From contig JBMNLH010000001.1 of NCBI GenBank assembly GCA_050952625.1, positions 1,312,001-1,376,000 on the forward strand: a stretch of DNA of 64,000 nucleotides. Reading direction: 5' to 3'. This document shows positions 21,146 to 29,765 of this stretch, in pieces (position 1 is the stretch's first letter; each line of letters begins with the position of its first letter). The position numbers and the translations under genes are program-made. The DNA is from Bacillota bacterium (GTDB taxonomy: Bacteria > Bacillota > Ch66 > Ch109). The notes beneath the pieces are model-generated. The model was not told the origin of the DNA and did no database searches. It worked only from the letters and a program-made list of their open reading frames with translations.

Positions 21146-21212
21146 GTCCCGTACCCCGTTTAATGGACAGTAAAAACGTATAGTATACTGAACATCAAAC
21201 GGGGTACGGGGC
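21146..21212. repeat. 27-bp imperfect inverted repeat (23/27 matches) with 13-nt spacer
   Basis: gtcccgtaccccgtttaatggacagta (21146-21172) vs tactgaacatcaaacggggtacggggc (21186-21212). Confidence 0.85.
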
Positions 21213-21350
21213 AAAGTGCCCAGTTTGCGGGTCGTAATACCTGGCCCCGAAGTAGTACAGCCCCGAGGAGTCCATCTCCTTGCCCACAAACTTCATTATG
21301 TCGTCGGTACCTTCGGTCTTTACCACTAATCCAAAGGGGGAGTACTCCAT
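21195..21350 (-). pseudogene. Rhs repeat-associated core domain remnant (51 codons), not in the ORF track
   Basis: Manual translation MEYSPFGLVVKTEGTDDIMKFVGKEMDSSGLYYFGARYYDPQTGHFAPYPV*, matching the Rhs core YxPFG..FxGKExD..GLYYxGARYYDP..G.F. Confidence 0.85.
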
Positions 21351-21463
21351 AGCTGTTCAATCGATTGTATCAATAGATAATTCAATAGTTTTAGGAGGTT
21401 ACCGCTATATAACACGAGGATAAACCCTAAGACATTTAAGAAAAAACCAGAAAAAGACCCACT

Positions 21464-21492
21464 AAACCCCGTGTTCCATTGGCACGGGGTTT
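21464..21492 (-). terminator. Terminator of the SpoVID-like gene
   Basis: taaaccccgtg...cacggggttta. Confidence 0.7.
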
Positions 21493-21529
21493 AAGCATTA
21501 AAGTCAATGTTTTAATTGTTATTTTATAA

Positions 21530-23466
21530 TTAGTATGCTTTAATCGTAGGAATCTTTAACCGTTTTCCAGCTAACAGTTCGCCATCCAGACCAGGGTTTG
21601 CTTCCATTATTTCCGCTACCGTGATTTGATAAGCGGCCGCAATCTTTGGCCAGGTATCGTCGGGTTGAATAAGGTAATAGCGGGCCATATTAGTTTGCCG
21701 TCTCCCTGCATGACCCCTGGCTGGTCTTGAAGGTCCAGCTAACTTTCTTCCAGGAACAGGATCAATCCCTTGAATAGACTCTATAACCTCCGAATCTAAA
21801 CTAGCAATCGTCTTTTGGGTTGGTGTTTCCGTCGCTTTCGGTCGGCCCAGTGGCCTCGGTCGGTTTAACTGGGGAGTTAAAAGAATACCCGGCTCAACCC
21901 CACTAATTTCCCCTCTTTTTCTGGCTAAATGTGCTTCTCGTTCTGCCCGGCCGGGCCGACGACGAGCAAGGGAGCCGGTTCGATAGCTTATACCAACTGG
22001 ACCATAATCGACTTGAGCAGTCAGAGCATTGTCGGTATCTTGGTCTTGCTCAAAAACAACAGACTCCGGCGTTTCTACCGCCTCTCCATTTACCGCCTCT
22101 TCAACTACCGCCTCTCCATCTACCGCCTCTTCGATGACTACTACCTCTGCCAAGGTCTTAGTTTCTGCAGTTTCATGGGTTTCATCTAGCAATTCATCAA
22201 CAGACAGCAATTCATCAACAGTCTCGACTAATTCGGGTATTTCCTCTACTTTTTCCTCTGTCGGCACTTCACTTTCACTTTGTTTTATAAACTCAGGCTG
22301 TTCTATTAGCTCAGGTGTCTGCTCAAATGACGGCTGGTTTGGCCAATCTATTTCTGTTTCGTCTGAAATATTATCCAAAGTATTGTCTTGAGCAGCATCT
22401 GCTGTATAAAACTTGTCAAGATCAATTGCATCCGCCAGCTCCACCGGGATTTCCCGGATAAAGGTCTCCGGGGTTTGAGCTGAGTCCACGGTCAGCTCTA
22501 ATTCAGCTTCTCGATTGACTGCCATGTCTTCATTCGTTTCCGCAGATCTTTTATCAACCGCACTTTCAATTATTTGTTCAGACGTATCTTCAAGGGTTTC
22601 CTCAAATTTTTCCTCAACCATATCTTCAAAGGCTCCCTCATCAAAACCCTCAACTTGAAGTTCTTCCCATTCCTGAACCGCAAAACTGTTTTCTGGTTCC
22701 TCAACATTTAGTACATTTGCCGTTGAAAATTCCGGCTCGGACCATTCTACGGCGGCCGAAATTGTTGGCGCCTCGGCTTCCATAGTCTGCAACAATTGAG
22801 CCTGGAGCCCTGACCGAGCCCTCCTCAGCCAGTTCATTAAATACCGGTTGATCTGAGGCTATTAATGAGTATTTCAACTTGTAGATTGAGCACCCGAGAA
22901 CCAATGATTCGACACTCGACGTTTTCCACCTTAGGAATCAAGTGAATAACGTCTTCCTCTCCTGGATGAACATTACTAATAGTCAGATAAAAAGGAATTC
23001 GATGCCGAATACACTGAGCCCCAGCCGAGGTCTCCCTAGGCTCTCCTAAAACTTCCAAAACCGATGAATCTGCCGAATCATCTTCCTTATCCTCAATTGC
23101 TTCAATACTTGATTCTTGGATTACTAGCTCGGCTAGATCTAAAAAATAGTCATCAAGGACTGCCTTGTTTTCTGTTTCCGTTTCATTATTAAAACCTGTT
23201 ATTTCTCCTTCAAATTGAATTGGGTCATAATAGATAAGAGCTTCCAAAAAACCAAAAACTCCAAAAACTTCCCCATTCCGTTCACTGCTTGAGATTTCTG
23301 GAGTAAGCACTACTCCAGTAACGGTCCTGGGAGCTGGCATCTCATAGGGCACCCGGATTCTAACTTTAATTGAACCCTGTCCAGTCCCCTGCCATCCCGG
23401 CTGCTTTCCATTTTCCGCAATACCGTTAGATCTAATCTGATTTATATGTTCCTCAAATCCCGTCAA
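21530..23466 (-). CDS. SpoVID-like coat morphogenetic protein (N-terminal beta domain, acidic linker, C-terminal LysM), split at ~22837
   Basis: C-terminal LysM YLIQPDDTWPKIAAAYQITVAEIMEAN; long Glu-rich linker; N-terminal ORF 22837-23466 resembles the SpoVID N-domain; sigmaE-like promoter. Confidence 0.6.
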
Positions 23467-23510
23467 AACGCCTCTCTCCCTTCCACCCAGTTTATCTAAA
23501 CTTCCTGGTC

Positions 23511-23538
23511 AACGTATGAAAACCACCCAACTTTATTA
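23511..23538 (-). promoter_or_regulatory. sigmaE-like promoter of the SpoVID-like gene
   Basis: ATA-15 nt-CATACGTT. Confidence 0.5.
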
Positions 23539-23607
23539 ACACAATGCCCTGCTGTTCCGTATAATAAAGTAGCTAAAACCAAGGGATTTCGAGAGGAGGA
23601 GTAAGCT

Positions 23608-23985
23608 TTGTCTTATCCCTGCGGCCGTCATATTATTGCAGAACTTTATCAATGCAATCCCTTAATTCTTAACGATTTATCCAGTATTCAAGGAATTCTA
23701 ATTGAGGCAGCAGTACAGGCTGGGGCAGAAGTCCGTGATTTTGCCTTCAAAAAGTTGTCACCGTCTAGACTCTGCGGGGTAATGATCATTTCTGAATCCC
23801 ATCTAGCAATTCACACTTTCGCGGACCTGAGATATGCTTCGCTAGATATCTATACTTTCAGTCAACGGATTAATCCCGATGAGGCTTATTATTATATTGC
23901 TAATCAGCTCCAGGCCTCCTGGTCACTGGTTAAAGAACTCCACCGTGGATATGGGGAAATCCAAGAAAAATTATTGGACTACTAA
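23608..23985 (+). CDS. speD: S-adenosylmethionine decarboxylase proenzyme-family protein (class 1B)
   Basis: GRHIIAELY, GVMIISESHLAIHT with the Glu-Ser cleavage site; sigmaK-like ACA-16-CGTATAATA at 23539-23566. Confidence 0.8.
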   Translation: MSYPCGRHIIAELYQCNPLILNDLSSIQGILIEAAVQAGAEVRDFAFKKLSPSRLCGVMIISESHLAIHTFADLRYASLDIYTFSQRINPDEAYYYIANQLQASWSLVKELHRGYGEIQEKLLDY

Positions 23986-24014
23986 GGAACTACAACAAGG
24001 CACTACAGCTCAAA

Positions 24015-25043
24015 TCATAAACACTGCTGGATAAAATCTTGGTGGAGAGGCAGTTCTAACAATGCCTGCCGGAGACTATGGATATGCTCTTGAGAATTTG
24101 GCTCGCCTTCAAGATAATAAGCCCGACTGATTTGCCAAAAACGTTGGGGAAAACTTAAATAAGCCATAAGCACCTCTAAATGACGGGGATCTAAATATAA
24201 TTCCTTATTATATGTTTTGAGGAGATTTCTTGTCAGATCCAAATCCCAACCGTAACACGGAAGCACGCGGGCGAATAACTCTGCCAAATCAAACAGATGG
24301 ATATCCAATAGACAGTTGTCAAAATTGACAACATACACACCCTTGCCTCGAGTTCGAATCAGGTTACGGCCGGTATAGTCATGATGGCAAAGACTACCCT
24401 CCGCTCGGGCTTCCTCTACCAATTCTTGATATGGAGAATCAACAATCATTTCTAAGGTGATGCGGGCCTGCTCTAGAACCTGATCGGCTTCGGATAAAAA
24501 TAGAATATCAAATTCCGATGGTCGATCCTTAGTCTCAGCCAACTTAAGACATTCTTCCAATTCTAACAAGCGTAAGCTGAAAAAATCTGGCCAAAGACCC
24601 CAAGATTCCCGAGTTGGCACCATTGGCGGCATAAAACCTTTAGCCGACGCCTGCATCCTAGCTAAGGTAGCTACTGCTTCCTCCAGATGAGACCATCTGC
24701 CAAGCTGTAATTCCTTGCCTTTTATCCATTTGGTCAAGTAATACGTATGATCGTTCAGCCGGACAAAAGCATCGCCATATTTAGTGAGAATGAATGGCGA
24801 GACCTGAGAGAATCCCTGCTTAATTAAGTACCTCATACCAGCATCAGCTAACATAATAGCCTCTGGGTCGGATTGGGTTACTTTTAAGAATCGGGGTCCG
24901 GAGCGGGTTTCTATTTTATACCCCCCCTGAACTACTTGAACCTTCACAGCCGGTAAGTCATACTCCCAGAGGACGGTGTCATTTAACTGCTCTTTTAACT
25001 CAACTGGCAATATGTCACATTTCTTTTCCACCCTGACCACCAC
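24015..25043 (-). CDS. CotS family spore coat protein
   Basis: YKIET..RFLK, LTKWIKG, LCHHDYTGRN, FPQRFW. Confidence 0.85.
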   Translation of the reverse strand: MVVRVEKKCDILPVELKEQLNDTVLWEYDLPAVKVQVVQGGYKIETRSGPRFLKVTQSDPEAIMLADAGMRYLIKQGFSQVSPFILTKYGDAFVRLNDHTYYLTKWIKGKELQLGRWSHLEEAVATLARMQASAKGFMPPMVPTRESWGLWPDFFSLRLLELEECLKLAETKDRPSEFDILFLSEADQVLEQARITLEMIVDSPYQELVEEARAEGSLCHHDYTGRNLIRTRGKGVYVVNFDNCLLDIHLFDLAELFARVLPCYGWDLDLTRNLLKTYNKELYLDPRHLEVLMAYLSFPQRFWQISRAYYLEGEPNSQEHIHSLRQALLELPLHQDFIQQCL

Positions 25044-25154
25044 CCTCTTGTCTCAAGATCCTCTTCTTTTCAAAGATATGCCACTTAGAGAAAAAAAATG
25101 AGACCAATAGATTATTCCTATCTGTAACCATTTGGCCCTTTTTTGCATACCCTG

Positions 25155-26219
25155 CTAACAAGCCCAATTATAAAACCATTCCAGACACTGTTCCCGAGCA
25201 CTTTGAAGGTTAATTTCTTTCTGCAGGGCAAAGGTAAAGGTTTTTTCAGACAATCCCGAACCGTTCTGATAGTACGCCTGAATATAGGAACAACTTGGAT
25301 AGGGAAACCACAGTTGAGCCAGTAAAATCTTTCGTTCTGCCGGTTCTAAAGGCCAAACCGCCTCATAAGTTTCGAGGACTTCTTGACCAACGGCTAGATC
25401 CCAATCATAAAGACATAAAACCCTTTGCAAATATCTCCCTAATTCATATATACGCAAATCAAATATACAGTTTTCGAAACCAAATACATACAGCTTACCC
25501 TGTCGGGTCAGCGTCAGGTTGACTTCGCGATAAGAATTATGACAAACAAAAGGCTGCTTTAACAAGCCGGCAATTAACGAATCATATTCACTATTTAGCA
25601 AGAGAGACAAGGCATACTCTATTTGGTTTAGGATTTGGTTATAAAAATTTAGAAAAACATTATCAAATGCCTTGAACTCTCGATGATTTCCTAACCGTTT
25701 AACCTGGTCAATTATTAGACGATAAACCTGTTGCCACTGTCCTGGCCATTGGCCCCGATTATCCCGACCGGATACATGCCCCGAAGGCAAATAACCTTTC
25801 AAATGATAATGAAGCTGGGCTAAAGTCGTTGTCGCGCAAACTAAGTGACTTCTATTTAGTAGATTAGGGTTGATCCCCTCTACCCAATCACACAAAAATA
25901 AAAAAGCCTTATCCCTGGAAACCCAAGCCCATCCATCAATGGTCCTGATAAATCTAGGAATTGTTTTAAAACCGTTTTGCCCTAGATGATCCAGTAAAGT
26001 CTGAACGAATATAAGTTGCTCTGGCTTCCAATAAACTCGGTTCAGTTGTTTAAAGCCACGTTCTGTTAACAATTTCCAGCGGTTACTGTCAATTTGCTCT
26101 ATTGCTTCTACTTTTAAACCCCAGGGGACTAGCCAGTCCTGATTTAAGTTGTTTTGCTCCCAGTCTAATAGCTGAGTCGGTTTCCCTTTTTTCTTATCTC
26201 GCTTCCCCAAAATAGGCAC
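25155..26219 (-). CDS. CotS/YsxE-like spore coat protein, probable pseudokinase
   Basis: Same fold motifs (CDWVEG, LAQLH, DLRIYEL) but VCHNSY and FGFE in place of the catalytic Asp motifs. Confidence 0.8.
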   Translation of the reverse strand: MPILGKRDKKKGKPTQLLDWEQNNLNQDWLVPWGLKVEAIEQIDSNRWKLLTERGFKQLNRVYWKPEQLIFVQTLLDHLGQNGFKTIPRFIRTIDGWAWVSRDKAFLFLCDWVEGINPNLLNRSHLVCATTTLAQLHYHLKGYLPSGHVSGRDNRGQWPGQWQQVYRLIIDQVKRLGNHREFKAFDNVFLNFYNQILNQIEYALSLLLNSEYDSLIAGLLKQPFVCHNSYREVNLTLTRQGKLYVFGFENCIFDLRIYELGRYLQRVLCLYDWDLAVGQEVLETYEAVWPLEPAERKILLAQLWFPYPSCSYIQAYYQNGSGLSEKTFTFALQKEINLQSAREQCLEWFYNWAC

Positions 26220-26360
26220 CTCCTCGATGGGTCACTATAGATCAGTGCCTGAACTTACTTCATGATTATATTTATGGCAAATTTATAAATTAATGTCACA
26301 AAAGTGCCTAACACTTCTGTTATCTGAAAAAGAAAAACCGGCCTAGCCGGTTTTGCAGGA

Positions 26361-26480
26361 CTTAAGTGAACTTGTTCAGCTTCGCTGAAAAACGGGGCTT
26401 GAGATGAAGACTTTGCCCCACCTGAAGTTTTATACAGGATACCCTACTTATAAAAGTAGGAGTCTTTTAATTCAATTGAA
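26361..26480 (+). mobile_element. ~120-bp three-hairpin dispersed element (MITE/PATE-like), copy A
   Basis: taagtgaacttgttcagcttcgctgaa...ccacctgaagt...cctacttataaaagtagg..cttttaattca. Confidence 0.7.
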
Positions 26481-26496
26481 TAGGGAGGTGAAAATT

Positions 26497-26655
26497 GTGC
26501 ACCGAAAAATAATCATGCAAATTCAGCGACACCTTCAACTGTTAATCTTGATTGTAACCTTGGTTACTTTTTTAAAAGCCCTCATTTTTCCAAACTCTTT
26601 AGATGTCTTTATTCTTCTGCTGCTGGTCCTGATCCTCCTTGGAATAATGCGCTAA
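26497..26655 (+). CDS. Small two-TM membrane protein (52 aa)
   Basis: GTG start after GGGAGG RBS; two hydrophobic stretches. Confidence 0.6.
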   Translation: MHRKIIMQIQRHLQLLILIVTLVTFLKALIFPNSLDVFILLLLVLILLGIMR

Positions 26656-26677
26656 ATCTATCATTATCCGCCGTCAT

Positions 26678-28435
26678 TTACGAAGTAACCCCTGAACTAG
26701 TTTCCGAATTCGTCCCTAAATTTAGATTGTCTTCAGGAGCTTTCTCTGGTGTCGTTTCTGGAGTTACCTCAGATTGTATTCCCGGGTCTGTTGTTTCTGG
26801 GTCAGCTCCCGGTTCTGTTTCTGGGTCGACTCCCGGTTTTGTCTCTGGATCAGCTCCGGGTTTTGTTTCTGAATCAGTTCCGGGTTCTGTTTCTGGATCA
26901 GCTCCGGGTTCTGTTTCTGGATCAGCTCCGGGTTTTGTTTCTGAATCAGTTCCGGGTTCTGTTTCTGAATCAGCTCCGGGTTTTGTTTCAGCTTGTGGGT
27001 CAGTTCCCGGCTCTATTCCAGGCGGATTCTGCTGGACTGGGCTACTGGGTTCTTCCCCTTCTTTTTTGGTCCCAACTTGGACAATTCGAGCGACTGGATT
27101 ATAGACATCCGTAGATATTAATTCATTACGCACTACTTTCCCTTGTTCCTTTACTGTTCGGTATACCTGAACTCTTAGCCCGGCTGTCCCGGCCTGCTCA
27201 ATAACTTCTTCCCCTTCAGGCAGTTCCGGATTGGGCTTTTTGATCACCCCGGGTTCAATAAAGCTTATTACTTTATGGGTAAGACTAACGTCCTTACGAA
27301 ACTGCTTATCCCCAAATATTTGAATAGTTAAGGTATTTCCTTGAACTTTGGTCTGAAGTAAGAGGTCCCCCTCAGTAGGATTAGAAAAACGAAGGTTTTT
27401 ACCCCCATAAGTAACGGTAGCATCACGACCAGGGGGAACATAATCAACGGGTAAGGAATGATTGCTCCGTTCAACTACCGGAAGATCAGCGAGAAGAACT
27501 GCATTATACAGGGTTGATGATACCTGACATACCCCGCCACCCAAACCGGGAACAAACTCATTTTTTACAATGATCAGGGCTTCTTTGTAGCCAGCCTCTT
27601 CACTCCGTGGTCCTACTACTTGATTAAACGAAAATATTTCACCAGGTTTAATTCGCTGATGATTTAGAGCCTCAGCCGCTACCTTTACGTTATACGTCCG
27701 GTTAATATTTGAGGCATTAAACTTGGTGGAATAACTTGAAAGCAAACCGTTAATCCGCCAGCTTTGCACATCAGCCTCGGTTATTTCAGCCGGCATATCG
27801 ACTTTCGTCAGCCTAACCGTCCAGGTTTGGTCAAGCGGCTCTTTAACTCCCTTCTCCAGGATTGACTTTATTTCTTGAGCAGCGGCTTGGCTATCGACTT
27901 TTGATCCTGGTTGATCATGGGTAATTATTAACTCATCCCGTTCGTTTATTGTTAAAGCAGCATTAACGGGCCCGGTGGTTAATTCACGAGTACGTTCCGC
28001 TATAATCGAAGCGATCCGGGCTACATCTATCCGATAATGAAGAGTAATTTGTCGGCCTTCTTCTTTAACGTTCGTGTACTCCTGAAACCGTTCCCATGGA
28101 TTACCCTGATGACCCACCATCGCGGCTTCATCGATTGCCTTTTCTAAGTCTAACTCTACGCCAAGGTCAGCAAGGGTCATCTCCCATCTTCGATCGCCAT
28201 AGCTTAAACTAATAACTTGAGATAACGCCTTATCAGACCAGACCTTAATCTTCTTCAGGGCCTCTTCTTTATTCATCCCTCCAACATAAACTGGACCAAC
28301 ACTAACCCCTTCAACAATCTCAAGAAAGGGCGCAGACAGGTAATTAAAATAACCAGAGGCATAACCGGTAGCAGTTCCTAATAAAACAATTACCACTAGA
28401 GTAATAATTAATAAGTGCTTTCTTGATCCAGACAT
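26678..28435 (-). CDS. VanW family protein with PG-binding-4 and G5 domains and a repetitive Pro/Glu tail
   Basis: N-terminal TM; NRTYNV, FSFNQVVGPR, GGGVCQVSSTLYNA, PGRDATV; G5 ending RIVQVGTK. Confidence 0.9.
   Translation of the reverse strand: MSGSRKHLLIITLVVIVLLGTATGYASGYFNYLSAPFLEIVEGVSVGPVYVGGMNKEEALKKIKVWSDKALSQVISLSYGDRRWEMTLADLGVELDLEKAIDEAAMVGHQGNPWERFQEYTNVKEEGRQITLHYRIDVARIASIIAERTRELTTGPVNAALTINERDELIITHDQPGSKVDSQAAAQEIKSILEKGVKEPLDQTWTVRLTKVDMPAEITEADVQSWRINGLLSSYSTKFNASNINRTYNVKVAAEALNHQRIKPGEIFSFNQVVGPRSEEAGYKEALIIVKNEFVPGLGGGVCQVSSTLYNAVLLADLPVVERSNHSLPVDYVPPGRDATVTYGGKNLRFSNPTEGDLLLQTKVQGNTLTIQIFGDKQFRKDVSLTHKVISFIEPGVIKKPNPELPEGEEVIEQAGTAGLRVQVYRTVKEQGKVVRNELISTDVYNPVARIVQVGTKKEGEEPSSPVQQNPPGIEPGTDPQAETKPGADSETEPGTDSETKPGADPETEPGADPETEPGTDSETKPGADPETKPGVDPETEPGADPETTDPGIQSEVTPETTPEKAPEDNLNLGTNSETSSGVTS
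26790..27010 (-). repeat. 24-nt coding tandem repeat, ~8-9 units of ET(K/E)PG(A/T/V)D(P/S)
   Basis: Repeated tgtttctg(g/a)atcag(c/t)tccgggtt units. Confidence 0.9.
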
Positions 28436-28642
28436 GCCTCTAGCCCCTCCCATCGCGAGATAACTTATTAATTAGACTTACATTAATATAGAAAGTATAT
28501 ACCTTAGCAATAGACACTAAAGTTAACGTTAAAGTTCCACAATCAAGATTAATATCAAGTAAAACAAAGCACTCTTCCTTATCTGGTAAGAGTGCCTTTT
28601 TCAGCCCGAAAACGGTCAAATACGGCAAAAAAACTTATCCCA

Positions 28643-29122
28643 CTATTTATCACATTCTGAATGGGCACAACCTCTGCTTTCTCTCCAGCATTCCTCATGA
28701 TGCAAGGTCTTACAACTGGGGCAAGAAACCGCTTTGCCTCCTGGCTTAAGCGGAGTACGACAATAAGGACAATTAGTATTGGCTATTTCTTCCGTGACTG
28801 TTACTGGAACAATCTTTTGTAATTCTTCCTCGGCTAATTCTATGTTTCCCTCATCCTTGTCTACCTCTTCCCAAGCATCAGCCACCTGTTCCCATTCTTC
28901 GTCATCTTCAATCTCATAGAAAACCTCGTTACCTTCCTCATCTTCACCTATTTTTAAGATAATAACTTCACTTTCTTCTTCGTCATCCTCTTCGGCTGGT
29001 AGCAGGACCGCGTACCGACCTTCACCCACCTCAATTGTATCAATGAGATAAAACTCGTGTTCTCCGCCATCATCGTCAACAAGAACTACTAATTCTTCTT
29101 CCTCTATAATTCGGTCAACCAT
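28643..29122 (-). CDS. DUF1292 (YrzB-like) protein with a C-terminal RING-like zinc finger
   Basis: LVDDDGGEHEF..YAVLLP..IEDDEEWEQV; CPYC..CPSC..HHEECW..GC..C. Confidence 0.85.
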   Translation of the reverse strand: MVDRIIEEEELVVLVDDDGGEHEFYLIDTIEVGEGRYAVLLPAEEDDEEESEVIILKIGEDEEGNEVFYEIEDDEEWEQVADAWEEVDKDEGNIELAEEELQKIVPVTVTEEIANTNCPYCRTPLKPGGKAVSCPSCKTLHHEECWRESRGCAHSECDK

Positions 29123-29210
29123 AAACTCACCTCATTTGCTAAATTATTAGCATTGTATACCAGTCGAATAGAGCATGTCAACCTGAGTCATACCTGATAT
29201 TGCCTGAAGC

Positions 29211-29329
29211 TTTATCTGAGTTCAAAAGGGCACCGGCTTGGATAAGCGGGAGTTACCTGGTTCAGACCTCAAGTGGAGTAGAGTCTCCACCTGAATCCTC
29301 GGTGTTCAGCGAAGCTGGACGAGCTGATT
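29211..29329 (-). mobile_element. Three-hairpin element, copy B (overlaps the ruvX 3' end)
   Basis: Reverse complement: ctcgtccagcttcgctgaacaccgaggattcaggtggagactctactccacttgagg...cttttgaactcagataaa. Confidence 0.75.
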
Positions 29330-29753
29330 GACGTTTCTGGGCATATAGCCAGTCAAGATAACTCTGGAGTATTATGGTTGCCGCCATTTTATCGATAACT
29401 TTTTTCCGTTTACGTCGTGATACATCACCGGACAACAATAGTTTTTCTGCTTCCACAGTCGTCAAACGTTCATCCCAAAGGATCACTTCTATTTCTAGTT
29501 CTTTAGTTAAAAAGTCGGCAAAATCTTGAACACTAGCTGCTGCCGGCCCCAGACTGCCATTAAGGTTTTTCGGTAAACCCAGAATAATTCGATCAACTTC
29601 GTACTGCTGAATCAATCGTTTGATTTCATTCAGATCATCAATTGGTTCCTTACTTCGGTGCCAAGTAGTTAAACCCTGAGCGGTTAAACCCATTGGATCG
29701 CTTACTGCGATTCCGATAGTTCGGGATCCATAATCAAGTCCCAGCGTGCGCAT
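29262..29753 (-). CDS. ruvX: RuvX/YqgF (pre-16S rRNA nuclease)
   Basis: LGLDYGSRTIGIAVSD, GLP, WDERLTT, IDKMAATIILQSYLD. Confidence 0.95.
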   Translation of the reverse strand: MRTLGLDYGSRTIGIAVSDPMGLTAQGLTTWHRSKEPIDDLNEIKRLIQQYEVDRIILGLPKNLNGSLGPAAASVQDFADFLTKELEIEVILWDERLTTVEAEKLLLSGDVSRRKRKKVIDKMAATIILQSYLDWLYAQKRQSARPASLNTEDSGGDSTPLEV

Positions 29754-29765
29754 ATATACCTCTTT

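Noticed and set aside
21160-21360. 66-aa minus-strand ORF from the track
   Set aside because: Wrong frame; the informative frame is the Rhs remnant at 21195-21350.
26404-26496. N-terminal 31 codons of the 83-aa ORF
   Set aside because: Mostly derived from repeat copy A; the RBS supports GTG at 26497.
26790-27010. CRISPR-like repeat array
   Set aside because: Contiguous 24-nt units without unique spacers, in frame within VanW; no cas genes.
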